Shown: positions 34,132 through 46,411, numbered from the stretch's first letter. The stretch: 64,000 nt of DNA from Cyanophora paradoxa CCMP329 (GCA_004431415.1 QPMI01000097.1:124001-188000), one strand, 5' to 3'. The notes: generated by a model not told the origin, from the letters alone. Translations and numbers: made by a program.

Positions 34132-35100
34132 TCATATGTTATCGGCGAGCTTGGCGGCGAGGGAGCCGATCCAGGCGACGGTCTTGTCGCTGAAGGCGCG
34201 CTGCCGGTCCGACGCGACGATGAGGACGCCCCGGCCCGCGCCGACGGGGACGACCAGCGTGTCCTGCGTGTTGGGTGCCAGGAACGGCAGGTCCGCCGCC
34301 ACAGCCCGCGCCGCCCCGGCGTCCTCCGCCGGCCGAAGGTACGCCGGGTTCGAGCCCGACGGCAGTGCCGCCCCGGAGAGCCGCGAGGGGGCAGGGGCGT
34401 CGCGCGCGGCGAGGCCGCGGCGGTGGAGAACGGTGCAGGCGCCGCCCTCCGAGAGGCGGCAGACGAGGACCGAGCGGGCGGCCGTCTGCGTGCAGAGCAC
34501 GTACGAAGTCCAGGCGAGCTCCTCCTTCAAGCGCTCCGGAAGCTCCTCCGCGAACTCGAAGACTTCCGCGCCCTCGAGGCCGACCGAGGTGGACGGGCGC
34601 TCGACTTGCGTGCGTCGCATGAAGACGCCGACGGCGATGAGCAGCGTCGATGCAAGCACGCCGATCATCTCGGAGCGGAACTGGCTCGGGGTCGCACTCG
34701 CCGCCGACGTAAGGACGGCGCGGTTGAAGGCCAGCAGCGCGAGGCTGAGGACGCCAACGCCGACGCGCAGCCGCACTCCGTTCACGCCAGGAATGAAGAA
34801 CCCGCCGATGCCCTCCTCGTCCTGGCTCATGCGGCCCCGCGCGCGGCGGCGCTCCTCCGCCGTCGACTGCTCGCAGCGGGCCGGGGAGAAGCCCCACCAC
34901 GCCGGCGCTGGCTGCACCCTCAACGCGATGGGAGCCGCACTGAAGCGGGTCCGGCGCGCGTCCGCCTGCCCAAGGAAGCCGGAGCGCGTGACATGCGGGC
35001 GGGCCGGCGCCGAGTTGGATCGGCACAGAAAGCAGCTGGGTGCGCTTTCGAGCACTATCCGCTGCGCCGGCGCTGCGGGGATCGCCAACGAGAACGCCAT
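34132..35100 (-). CDS. CCB2: Plastid-targeted cytochrome b6f heme ci assembly factor, CCB2/CCB4 family (closer to CCB2); intronless
   Basis: Transit peptide MAFSLAIP..; LLAFNR, SQFRSEMIGVL, ELAWTSYVL, LAPNTQ..VVPVG, RAFSDKTVAWIGSLAAKL. Confidence 0.85.
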   Translation of the reverse strand: MAFSLAIPAAPAQRIVLESAPSCFLCRSNSAPARPHVTRSGFLGQADARRTRFSAAPIALRVQPAPAWWGFSPARCEQSTAEERRRARGRMSQDEEGIGGFFIPGVNGVRLRVGVGVLSLALLAFNRAVLTSAASATPSQFRSEMIGVLASTLLIAVGVFMRRTQVERPSTSVGLEGAEVFEFAEELPERLKEELAWTSYVLCTQTAARSVLVCRLSEGGACTVLHRRGLAARDAPAPSRLSGAALPSGSNPAYLRPAEDAGAARAVAADLPFLAPNTQDTLVVPVGAGRGVLIVASDRQRAFSDKTVAWIGSLAAKLADNI

Positions 35101-35218
35101 CAGCTCGTGAAAAAAAGATGCCGGGGTAGCTAAGCGGAAGCGCGGTCAGCTTCATAGCGTGGTGCGAGACATGCGAGCGTCGCGATGCGACTGCTTTAAC
35201 CGCGCGTGCGTGCAGGAG

Positions 35219-38152
35219 ATGGAGACCGAGGACACGCCTATGGCGGCCTGTTACGAAGTCTTCAACGAATCCACGACGGGAGGACTGGAGTGGCAGATCA
35301 GGCTCGTTAGCTGATTGAGTTCTTCGCGCGATCGGCGGCACCCCGCTGACCTAGCCCCTGCCTGCAGCATGCTCAACGACGCGGAGCGCAACGCGGCCTA
35401 CGATACAGCGCTGCGCGAGGGTGCGTGTAGCGCTAGCGCTTCCGAGCGCCGCGCCGCGCTCAGCCCGTGCCAGCGCTCGCAAGGATGCCGGGGGCGACGG
35501 TGCTCGATATCGGTGCGATCCCCAGCGGCCCGCGCCCCCGGCCGCTCCCCAGCCCGACCATCCGCGAGCGTGCAGGCGCTGGGTGCGGGATCCTGTCGAT
35601 GATGGCTGCCCGAGCCGGCGCCGGGCGCGTGCTGGGGTGCGAGGTGACGCAGTCGCTGGCGGAGAAGGCGACGGAGATCGTGGCCGGCAACGGGCTCGCG
35701 GACCGCGTGCGCATCGTCAACAAGCACAGCGAGGAGCTCGAAGTCGGTCGGCCCCGCCCGCTCCCGGCCCGCCTCGCGGCGCGGGGCCGAGGCGGGGCGC
35801 AGGCCCCGGGAAGGACCTGGAGGAGCGGGCGCAGGTGCTGGTCGCTGAGATCGTGGACTCCGGGCTGCTGGGGGAGGGCCTCTGGCCGGTGTACCGGGAC
35901 GCGCGGGCGCGGCTGCTGGCGCCGGGGGCGGCGTACATCCCGGCGGGGGCCCTCGTGCACGCCGCCCTCGTCGAGTGCCCCGACCTCCGCCGCCGCGTCG
36001 ACGCCGACCCCGCCTCCCGCGCCGCCGGCACGCCTCCGCCCTTCCCCGCGCCCCCGCGCCCCCGCGCCCCCGGTCCCCGGCGGCTGACGGGGGGCGGGCA
36101 GGGCTGGAGCTGGGCGCGCTGAACGCGCTGACGACGGCGCCGCGGAAGCAGTACCTGCGGGGGGCGCTGCTGCCGCACGCGGCCCTCTCGGCGCCCTGCG
36201 CCCTCCTCCGCTTCGACTTCGCCTCCGACGCCCTCCCCGCCCCCGCCGAGGCCGCCCTCACGTGCGCCCCCGCCCCGCCCCGCCCCGCCCCGCCCCCGCC
36301 GGCGCAGGGGCGGTGAGTGCGGGGCGGGTGCAGGGTGGAGCGGGCGGGCCAGGTGGACGGCGTCATGTTCTGGATCGAGCTCGCGATGGGCCCCGGGGGC
36401 GCCCCCCGCCTCTCCCTCGACCCCACCCTCCCCGGCGCCGCCGCCCGCGCGCACTGGTGCCAGGGCTTCCACCCGCTGCCCCGCCCCCTCCCCGTCTCCC
36501 CGGGGCAGCGCCTCCGCCTCCTCGCCCGCGCCTCCGACACCGAGTGCGACACCGGCCGGCACCCCTTCCCCCCGGCGCCCCCTCACGCCCCGCAGGATCA
36601 GCTTCGCCCTCGAGGGGGAGGCCCCGGCGCCCCCGGCCCCGCCCCCGGGGCTCCTGCCCCTCTCGCCCCACTTCTTCCACCGCCTCAGCGACGGCTCCCG
36701 CCTCGGCGCCCTCGCGCGCGCCCTCGCGCGGGCCCTGGCGGCGAGCGGGGCGGCGGCGGGGCGCCCCGGCACCGTGCTCGACCTTGGCGGCAGCTTTGGC
36801 GTCCCCGCCCTCCTCGCCGCCGCCGCCGCCGCCGCGGCCGTGGCGGCGGGCCCGGCGGGCCCGGCGGTGCCGCACGTGTTCACGTGCGAGCCGCAGCCGC
36901 AGCGGGCGGCGGTGGCGGCGGCGCTGGCGGCGGCGAACGGGGGCCGCGTGGCGGTGCTGCCGCACGAGGCCGGGGCGGCGGTGGAGCGGCTGCCGGCGAG
37001 CGCCCCGCCGCTGGCCGTGCTGGTGCGCGACGCGCTGCCGGCGCTGCAGCCGGCGGGGCGGGCCTGAGCGGCTGGGAGGACGTGCTCCTCTGCTGGAGCG
37101 CCCTCTACGGCGCCCTCGAGGCCGCCTCGGCCGGCGCCTGGACCAACGCCCGCCCCGGGCCCCGCCCCGCCCGCGGCCGCGGCGGCGAGCCCGGCAAGCG
37201 GCGGCGGCGCGAGGCGGCGGCGGGGGAGAGCTCGGGGAGCGAGGAGGACGGGGGGGAGGAGATGGACCTGGGGGAGATGATCGCGCGGGCGTTCGACGCG
37301 CAGGCGGCCGCCCGCGACGCCCTCCGCCTCGTCCCCTGCGGGGCCACCCTCTGGGCCGCCCCCCTCTCCTCCCCCGCCCTCGTCGCCAGGCCCGCCCCGC
37401 CCCGGGGCCCTGCGTCTCCTCTCGCGGCCCTCAGGCCGGGCGGGCAGGTTCCAGCGGATCGAGCGAGGGGCGACGTCGGGCCTCGACGTGACGGCGATGG
37501 ACGAGGTCGCCCAGGTGCCCCGGGTCCGGGCCCGGGCGGCGCCCCCGGGCCGGGGTTGAGGGGGCCGGGGGGCAGTGCGGGGTGGCGCAGGAGCTGGACA
37601 TCCTGGGGGCGGGGGAGTACGAGCACCTCGCCGCCCCGCAGCCGGCCGCCCGCTTCGACTTCCGCGCCCCCATCGAGCCCTTCCGCTCCTCCCTCGCCTT
37701 CCCGCGCGCCCCGCCGCCCCCCCGCCCGCCCGGCCCCCCCCGCCCCCCTGACGCCGGGCGGCAGCATCGAGCGCCCCGGGACCGTGCACGCCATCCACAT
37801 GTGGATCGAGGCGCGCGCCCCGCCCGGCGGGGGCCCGTCCCTGGGCGCCCTGACGGGCCCCGCGGGGGGCGCGGGCGGCAGGTACACGCGGACGAGCAGG
37901 AGTCATACGCGACGGGGCCCCACGGCCTCGCCTACCGCCAGATCCTCGTCTTCCTCCCCGTGCGCCCCCCGGCCCCGCCCCGCCCCCGCCCCCTCCCGGG
38001 CTCCGCCCCGCCCCCGGGGGGAGATTGAGATGTGACGCTGACGACGGGGGCCGTGTGGGCAGTACTACGAGGGGGTGCAGGCGGGGGGCACGCTCGCGGC
38101 GGTCGTGCAGATGGACGAGAGCCTCTCCCTCTCCGCCGACGTCAAGTACTAG
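35219..38152 (+). CDS. PRMT7: Protein arginine methyltransferase with tandem catalytic modules, PRMT7-like
   Basis: NESTTGGLEW, MLNDAERNAAY, VLDIGAGCGILSMMAARAG, LVAEIVDSGLLGEG, HWCQ; degenerate second module VLDLGGSFG. TAG 38150-38152. Confidence 0.8.
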
Positions 38153-38472
38153 CCCGGGCCCAGCGGCTCCGGATCTAAATTGAGGACTCCGAGGCTCTTG
38201 TGATATCGATGCAGCAGTCCGGCAGTCGCTGGATGAAAGAGAGGGTCCGAGGTCAGATCTAGATTCTGAGCTCGAGAGCCCCGGCCATGCCATTATGGCC
38301 TGGATTGTTATCGGTATTTGGTGTTAGATCTACAATCCTGGATCGTCATCGATATCTAGGGTTGTGCCCCGCGCATCATGGTCTCCTCTCTGAACTGGGG
38401 CACACTGTACGTATACATGTACAATGCACTGGGACAGCTGCAGACGGGGCGCCCCATTAGGCCCGCTCATGA

Positions 38473-41066
38473 TCAGCGCCAATCCGACAGCCTCGTGAAC
38501 TTGAAATTGAAGCGAGCCGAGGGGAGGGCGCACTTCGCCTCTTCCTGCACATCCCGCATCCGCAGCTGAGGGCATCCCCCCGTTCCTCTTCCCGGACCGA
38601 CGACGACATTGACCTGCGGGGGCTCTCATGATCAGCGCAGGAGCCTGCCGCCGCGCATGCGCGGGGGCCAGGGGCGTGAGGACCTCGATGTTGTCGGAGG
38701 AGCCGTGGAAGGCGGCGAGGCGGTCTGCCCAGAGGCCCCGGCGGCCCTCCTTCGTGAGCTTCGTCAGCACAGCCTGGTCGACGATTCCCTCGAGGACGAT
38801 GCGGCGGGGCGCGGCCGCCACCAGCGCCGCCCCGACCCCCGCGATGTTGCTCGGCTCGCCACCCAGCCCCATCCGGACAGAGATGCGCCGGCGGCCCGCG
38901 TGGGCCAGCGCTGCGAGCGAGTCCGCTGGAAGCGGCGAGTCTGGCGGCGAGAGAAACGCGCGGGTCTTCAGGTGAGCAGGGTGTGCGCGGGGAGGGGGGG
39001 GAGGGGGGGGGGAGGAGGAGGAGGGGGCGGGGGGGGGGGGGGGGGGGGGGGGGCGGCGGGGGATAAAAGTTGCGTGCCCGTGGGGAATGCGGGGTTGATG
39101 GACTTGTACATGTAGGGCTGGAACCACAGCTGGAGGTCGACGAGAGACGGGCAGCGCTCGAGGGCGCTCGCGAGGCCGGCGAGCTGTTCTCTGCACTCGG
39201 AGCTGCTCCTGCGTGCTCCTCCGGCGAGCTCGTCGGCAAGACGCAGCGGGCCCAGGCTCCGGAGGGCGGGGCAGGAGCCCAGCGCCGCCAGATCCTCCTC
39301 GCAAACAGTCGAGGGGACCTGCGCGGCAGGGCGGTTACGCTGCCGTCGTCCCGACTCTCGAGAGGCGGGGGCCGGGGGAGGACGGGGGCGGAGGGGGAAT
39401 GGCAGCGGCGGAAGCGGGAAAGCTTGTTTCGCAACGGAGCGGAGGTGCTGGAGGGCGGTGAGGCGCGGGAGGGCGCGCGCCGCGGAGCTCGAGAGATCCC
39501 CTCCGAGGCCGCGGAGCCGGCGCGAGGGGCCCCAAGTCAGCCGCACGACGAGGCCCACAAGGAACCCCCTTCACGCACTCCTCGAGGGAGAAGGCCGCGG
39601 GGCCGGAGGCGATGCCCTCGATCAGCTCGCAAAGACTGTTGCGGAAAGCAGGGTCTTTCTTTCCGCCATAGGCGCCAAAATCCAGGAACTCTATGGAAGG
39701 TAGCGCGCCCAGGCACGCACCGTCGGCGTGCGTGGGCCAGGCACGGATTCTGAGCTGCTGCGAAGATCGAATTCGAAAACCGATTGCGCGCGCGTGCGAG
39801 GGCGGACCCGCTTGAGATCTAGCGCGCGGACGAATGCGAGGCCTGCGGCGTCGGCATTTTTAGGGAACGTGATATCGAGCTGCGCGGCGGCGCGCCGCAT
39901 CCCATGGTCAGGCCCCCCCGGTCGCGCGCTCATGATGGGACGCGCACGCGGGCATGACTGCGAACCTTCTTGAGGCGCGGAGTGCTGCTTGCCAGCGCGG
40001 CGGCATCAGATTCGCGAGGGCTCCAGCAGCCGGGGAGGGAGAGCCTCTCGAGGTTGGGGAAGGGGCGGATGAGCTCCCCGAAGTCGGCGGGGCGGCTGTG
40101 GGAGAGCGCAAGGCTGCGGAGCGCGGGGCAGGCGGCGGCGCCCGGCGGGACGAGGCGGCGCAGCAGGCCCAGGACGCCGCTGTCCCTCTGCGCACTACCG
40201 GGAAACGTGACGTTGACTTCGCTGAGGCCGCCGCTCGCCGCCGTGCACGCCGAGACGAGGGACAGGAAATGGTCCCAGGGGCCGCCCCCCGATGCCGCCG
40301 ACGTGTCAGAAGCCCGACAGGTGAGATGCAGCGACGCGCCAGGGGCTATGCGGATCCACGGCCGGGCGGCACCAGCCGCAGGGTCTCCCCGCGTGCTTTG
40401 CTGGATATGCTCTCCGCGCAGAATGCCCGCGAGCGTGCCGGCACTTCTTGGAGACAAAGAAAAGTTCAGCCGATGCCAAACAATTTCCTCGGCCGCCTCG
40501 CGCCACCGGCGGCAGACCGCGCGCGCAGCTGCCGCGTTCCGCAGGCTGATGCATGTGCGCTTCAGGATGTGCGCAAGCACCTCGTAAGGCAGCTGGCCGA
40601 AGGGCGAGGCTGATTCTCCCGGCCAGGCTCCGCCCGTCTCGGGTTCCACGTGCACCCTCGCGCGCTTTGATCGCCCCACGCCCTCCTCCTTCTCCTGCAT
40701 AGGGGCATTAAGGGCGCGCCGTTTGCAAACAAGGGCGCGCACCGCATCCGCGAGAACCCGGTTGATCGCCGCCATGTACATTTCCTGGGCGCGCGGGGTT
40801 CGCGGGGTCGCGGTCGGAGGAGACGATTGATAGCACCTCGGTGTTGGAAGCGAAGTAGCAGTCACTCTCAAGCCCCTCTGCCGCGTCCTTGAGTCTCTTC
40901 GACAGGCTGCGAGTGCTTCTCTCGAACTCCGGGCGCATCTCGACCAGCTTCGACAGGCTGCGCGCCTGTCAGCGGTGATATCGGCGACAGGCTGCGCTCG
41001 CGCTCACATCTCGGAGATGACACTTTTTCGCTGCTCGGGCCTGTGCGCATGATGCCACGGCTGCAT
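38473..41066 (-). CDS. F-box / leucine-rich-repeat protein with N-terminal KIX-like helical domain
   Basis: F-box FGQLPYEVLAHIL..AVCRRWREAA; LRRs (CPALRSLAL, FPNLERLSL, LTALQHLR, CPSLVDLQL); spliced N-terminus MQPWHH..RKSVISEILSKL..AAEGLESDCYFASNTEEMY. Confidence 0.7.
38988..39062. repeat. Intronic poly-G tract (poly-C on the sense strand)
   Basis: Nearly uninterrupted G runs within the F-box gene. Confidence 0.85.
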
Positions 41067-41191
41067 GCTGGGGACAGAGAGCAAGGGGAGAAGCGCGCTG
41101 AGCGAATTCGAAGGGCGCTTGCGTCGGCGGACGGGTTAGCGAGAGAACCACTGCGTCGAAACTACCCCGTACCCGCCCGCCGAGCTCGCAG

Positions 41192-41289
41192 CTGCTCGCT
41201 CGACTCTGCTCGAGTCTGCTCGACTGCTCGAGTGTTGCTGCTCGACTGCTGCTGCTCGACGCTGCTCGAGCTGCTCGACTAGCTGCTCG
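41192..41289. repeat. Degenerate CTGCTCGA tandem array in a divergent promoter
   Basis: About 9 copies of CTGCTCG(A) between the F-box and MFS start codons. Confidence 0.85.
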
Positions 41290-41375
41290 TACAGCTCAGT
41301 CGCACTCGCAGCTTCTCCTCTGCGCGCGCGCCTCTCGCGCGTGTCTTGCGCCCCAAACTCTTGCGGCAGCGCGCC

Positions 41376-43683
41376 ATGGAGGCCGCTCCGCAGCAGTGGG
41401 ACTCCGTCGACGGCGGAGACCCGCGCTTGGCTCGCAACGTCGGTATCCTCCGCGCCTGCAGGTCCGTGCGCGTGGGCTTGTTCGCGCTCACATTCACTTT
41501 GCAACAGAGCACTCCGGATGGCCATCATCGGGCAGTCGATCCTCGTTATCTACTTCACCAACGTTGTCGGGCTCGACCTCGAGGGCGTCTACTTGGTTAA
41601 GACGGTGCATCGATTGAAACTTGAAGGGCGCGCGCTCACGAGCTGATTCAAACTGAACTACGTCTACAGATCAACTCTCTCATCGTCATTGTCTCGCAGC
41701 TCCCGGCAGGCTTGCTGTCTGACCGAATCGGGAGGAAGCTCGCGCTGCTCCTGGCGAACGTCGCTCTGCTCTTGGCTTACGCGGTGCGTGGACGGCCAGC
41801 CGTTCTCCCAGGGCGCGCGCCCCTCACCGTTTCCCCAGGCATACGCGCTCGCCACCTCCTTCGTGCATCTCGTGGTCGGGACAACAGTCCTCGGCCTTGG
41901 CTTCAGGTCCGCCTCGCCCCTGCAGCCGTCCCACCTCGCCGCTGCAGCCGTCCCGCCTACGCTCTCAGTTCCGCAGCCTCTGGGCGAGCACAGAGGCGGC
42001 CTTCCTGTACGAGACGCTACAGGCGATGGGGACCGACGTCGACAAAGACGCCCTGCGGAAGGAGGCATTTGGCGCCCCGCCGCCGGGCCCCCGCCCGTGG
42101 GGGGGCTGACGCCCCCGGCAGGCCCACACGCTCTCCCTCACGCAGCTGGCCGAGTCTGCGGCGGCGGTCGTCGGGGGCGAGATCGGGGCGCGCGTCGGGC
42201 TGCGCCCCTGCATGATCGCCACATGTGCACCCTTCGCCGTCAACCTCCTCCTCATCCTCCTCCTCGTCGACCCCCGCAAGGCCTCCGTGCGCCCGTCCCT
42301 CCTCCGCCCCTTCCCCGCGCCGCCACCCGCGCGCAGCGGGCCTCGGGACCCCTCCTCCGCCCCGCCCGCATCCCCTTGCGGGAGACCGCGCGCCGCGCCG
42401 CGCTGCTGCTCAGCCCGCGGTGCCCGCCCGCCCCCCTGCGGCCGCCCCGCGGCTCGGGCGCTGCAGTGGCGAGGTGCGAGCGCAGGCGGGACCTGCTGAT
42501 GCCGTTCCTCTCCTCCTCCCTCATCAACGCCGGCACCTTCACCGCGCTCTGGGTGCCCCCGCTGCCCCGACCCCGCGCCCCCCCCGCCCGCCCGCCGACG
42601 CCCGGCCCCTCCCTGCCCGCAGCTCCACCAGGTCCTGGTCCGCCGCCCCGTGCTCCCGGCTGTCGGCCCCGCGCCCGCCCCGCTAAGCCGGCGCCCAGTG
42701 GCGCCGCGCCGGGCTCCCCTGCACCTCTTCGGCTGGTGTGCCTCCCGCCCCATCCCCCCCTTCCCCCCCCCTCCCCCCCCCCGCCCCATCCCCCCTTCCC
42801 CCTCCCCCCCCTCCCCCCTCCCCCTCTCTCCCCCCCCTCCCCCCCCTCCCCCCCCCCCCCCCCCCCCCCCCCCCCCGCGTCCTTCCCGAGCAGCCGGCGT
42901 GTGCCGCTGATCGCCCCGCGCCAGGGCCTGGGCCATCCTCAACATTGGCGTCTCGGCAGTGCGCCCCGCAGTCCTGGGCCCTCTGCTCCCGCCCCGCTGA
43001 CCCCCGGGGCAGGGCGCGGTGGCGGCCCCGAAGCTGAGGCGGGCGCTGGGGGTGCGCTGGACCCTCTTCCTCGCGGCGGCCCTTTTCGGCGGCACGTTCG
43101 CCACCATCGGCTACATCGGCCCGGCCTGGGGCATCGGTCCGGGCGCCCCCTGCCCCGCCCCGGCCCCTCGAAAGGCCGACGCTCGCGGGGGTGCGCAGTG
43201 GCCTCCGGGGCGGTCCTCTCGACGTCTCGGGGCATCGCGCAGCCGGTCCTCGCGACTCACATAAACCACCGCACCCGTGCGCACCCTTCCCGTGTGCCCC
43301 GCCACCCCCCACGCCGCCCCGTGAGAGGCGCGCCGGCGGCAGAGCGGGGCGACCGGGCGACGATCAACGCGCTCTCTTTCGTGGTGATGCGGGCGGTCTT
43401 CTCGGCGGCCGGCCCCGCCACGGGGAGCATCGCCGCCACACTGGACCTGGAGCGGGCGTGCCTCGCCGCTGGCGCCTCACTTGGCGGCCTCGCCGCGCTC
43501 CTCGTCCTCCTGACGCCGCCTGCCGGGAGCGCCGCCTCCGCCCTCGAGGCGGACGCCCGCTCCGATGAGGAGCGCGAGGCCGACGAGGAGCGCCTCCCGC
43601 TCCTCGCCGCCCTCCGCGGCGCTCCCACCAAGGCCCCGGCCGCCCCAGCCGCCCCGCCCCCCGCCCTGCGCCGAGAGCCTTGA
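41376..43683 (+). CDS. Major facilitator superfamily transporter
   Basis: MFS motif A (QLPAGLLSDRIGRKLAL), STEAAFLYETL, second-half APKLRRALG, INHR..DRATINALS; multiple TM helices. Confidence 0.85.
42754..42876. repeat. Intronic poly-C / pyrimidine tract
   Basis: About 120 nt almost entirely C within the MFS gene. Confidence 0.85.
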
Positions 43684-44153
43684 GCTTCGCATTCTTCGTA
43701 GATTATGTTGAAGCTTGAATGCTTTATGCACATGCTGCTCCCCTCGATCCGAATCCCGCTCGTCCCCGTCCCGAGATACTATAGCTAAGATAACCCGCGC
43801 CCGTCAAGGTGCGCTCTGGAGCCCGCGGCGTTCCTTTTCGTAGGCCGCACAAAAGGAAGGAAACGTCGTGTTTTTGAAAGACTGGAGTGCAGCGACGCTG
43901 GCCGCGCTGTGCACGATAGGCTGGAAACGCACGCAAGGCCAGCCAGCCCGTGGTCGGATACGAGCACCGCGCGGCGAATACGGAAATCGGTAGTATTCGC
44001 TGTCTCTTGGAGGAGTGGGGAGTATCTACTGCCTGCACGAGAAGGGAGTGGGCTGCGGGGCAAGCTAGCTGATGGACGCGGAGCGGATTTGATGGCTAGG
44101 CATCCGGAGCGACCGCTGCAGTTGCGGCGAGACGCGGAGCGTAGCCGACAACT

Positions 44154-44606
44154 TTACTTCCGGCGGAAGACTATCCGGCCCTTGGAGAGGTCGTACGGCG
44201 AGACCGCGACGGTGACCTTGTCGCCAAGAAGAATCTTGATGCGGAAGCGCCGCAGCTTGCCGGCGAGGTGCGCGTTCACGAGATCGCCGGTGTCGTCCAG
44301 CTCTACGAGGAAGTTGCCACCGGGATAGACCTCCTTGATGGTCCCCTCGAACTCAATCAGGTCCTCGCTGGCCATGCACCGGAGGGCGAGCGGATCGCTC
44401 GCCATACGCGGCAGCGGTGCCGCGCCTACGAACTCCCGAGACCGAAGGTTGGTCGCACCGACGAAAGGGGAGGTGAGGCTAAAGCGGGTCGGGACTGCGC
44501 TGCTGCTCGACGGCGCCGGTGCGACCTCCGGGCAGCATGCTGCGTTCACGGAGCTAATGCGTTGCACGCGAACGAGGGCCGGGGCGGCGGAAACGAAGGC
44601 CACCAT
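44154..44606 (-). CDS. infA: Nucleus-encoded plastid translation initiation factor IF-1; intronless
   Basis: Transit peptide MVAFVSAAPALVRVQR.. followed by MASEDLIEFEGTIKEVYPGGNFLVELD..AHLAGKLRRFRIKILLGDKVTVAVSPYDLSKGRIVFR. Confidence 0.95.
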   Translation of the reverse strand: MVAFVSAAPALVRVQRISSVNAACCPEVAPAPSSSSAVPTRFSLTSPFVGATNLRSREFVGAAPLPRMASDPLALRCMASEDLIEFEGTIKEVYPGGNFLVELDDTGDLVNAHLAGKLRRFRIKILLGDKVTVAVSPYDLSKGRIVFRRK

Positions 44607-45003
44607 GGTCGAGAGGGGTATGCGACACAAGCTGACTCGACGAGCGCGCTCGGCACCGAAATGGCGCACAGCAGCGCCGTAGCCGGTTGCCTCAGGAGAT
44701 CGATATCCTTGATCGGTGACTCCAGTGTTCCAGCTCCGGCGCTCGCGCTGAATTTCCCCGCCCGCAGGCTCGGGCTCGGGAGCGCCCCCGGCAGCCCATC
44801 GAAGAAGCCGCAGCACCTCCTCCAGCAAGGACGCTGCCGTTCCGTGCTCGCCTCCACGAGCAAAGCTCCCTCCCCCGCCCTCGAGCTCGGCCTCGGAAAC
44901 GCGGGGACCTCGCCCGAGCGCCGGCGCCGGCTTGTGCAAAACTTCTTTGTATTCTTCTCGGCTCGTCTTGTTTAACGCGCTGCACCGCACGCTTTTGCCG
45001 TAG

Positions 45004-46411
45004 GCCTCGAATATTCTACTTTTCCTGCGTGTCGTTCCTCGCTGTCCTCCTCTACGCGTTCGAGTGGCGCTCTGGGAGCTCGCTGGAGGGTAGCGCTAGC
45101 GAAGACATTGGCGCTTCTCTCCGCGAAGCTTCGAGTTTCTGGGGCCCAACCTCGGCGAACATCGACTGGTGTTCGCGATGAAACTGGAAAATGATCTCAA
45201 TTTCACTCTCATCGTTCAGGTGCGAAAGGAACTACGTCATTTCCAAGTACTTCATCGCCGAGTTCTGGTGTGCTCCTGTGCTTACGCCTGCGCGTCTCTA
45301 GATCTAGTTGGCGCCTAAGCCCATCGGCAGGAATACCTTGAGCAACTTCGGGTTCTGCATCATAGGGCTGCTCAGCTTTGCGCTCGCTTATCGCGAGGGC
45401 TTTGAGGTGCGGCGCCGCGGCCCGCGCGTCGCATAGACCGGGGGGAGGGACTGCTGACGTCAAGGTGCCCCCGCAGCCGCGTTTCCTGCTCGCGCACCTC
45501 CTCATGGTCACTATTGGGGTCGGCTCTGGCCTCTTCCACATGACGCTGCAGTTCAGGTCCGCGTCTCCCTACACTCGCTGGGCGCCGGGCCGTCCGCCCG
45601 CGCGCGCTGCTAAACTCCCCCGCAGGTACCAGATGCTGGACGAGCTGCCGATGTTCTACGTGCGCCCCGCCGCTGCCGCCGCGCCCCGTGCGCCCCTGCG
45701 CACGCGCCCGGCCGCGTCGACCGCCAGCAGGTCGTGGTGCTGTACCTGTACCTCCTCGAGCGCCCGGCGGCCCACGCCGCGCGCCGCCGCGCCGCCGCCG
45801 GCCTCGCCGTCTACGCCGGTGCGGCCTGCCCCGCGCCCGCCGTCGTCCCGGCCGCCCGGCGAGCTCGCGCAGTCGCGTGGACGGTGGCAGCGATCTGGCT
45901 GACGGGCCGCCATCCCATCGCCTTCCAGCTCCACTTCGTGGGCATGGTGCGCAGCCGGGCGCGGCGGGGAGAGCCGCCGCGGTGCTCCGCCTGGGCTCAG
46001 CGGGGCGGCAGGCGGCGCTGATCGTCCTCCGCGTGCACTCGCGCCTCCCCGCCTGGGACGACGCCGGTGCGGGGCCCCAGACCCGAGCGCGCGCCGCGGG
46101 CCGGCGAGGGGCGGGGCGGGGCAGCGGGGCGGGCGGTGCTGCACCGGGCGATCGGGTCCGGGCTGGCGGGGGTGGCGTGCTGGGCCTGCGACCGCCTCTG
46201 CTGCGAGCGCATCCACGCCACGCTGCCCGTCAACCCGCAGCTGCACGCCTGCTGGCACCTCCTCATGGCCCTCCACCTCGTCCACCTCAACGCCTTCCTC
46301 GTCCTCGAGCTCGCCCGCGCCGACGGCACCCTCGTCTCCATCGCGCACGCCCTCCCCGCCTTCCCCTATGTCCGCATCGCCCCCGCCGCCCGCGCCCCCT
46401 CTCCCTGCTAG
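45004..46411 (+). CDS. Alkaline ceramidase (ACER3/YPC1-like, CREST superfamily); start unresolved, possibly ATG 44661
   Basis: FWGPTSANIDWCERNY..IAEFWNTLSN, IGVGSGLFHMTLQF, QMLDELPMFY, WACDRLCC, PQLHACWHLL. Confidence 0.9.

Noticed and set aside
43830-44001. Two small hairpins downstream of infA
   Set aside because: Stems of about 8 bp are expected by chance; no recognisable RNA family.
44607-44990. N-terminal 128-aa extension of the infA ORF
   Set aside because: ATG 44606 opens a typical Phe-motif transit peptide; the upstream frame is probably incidental.
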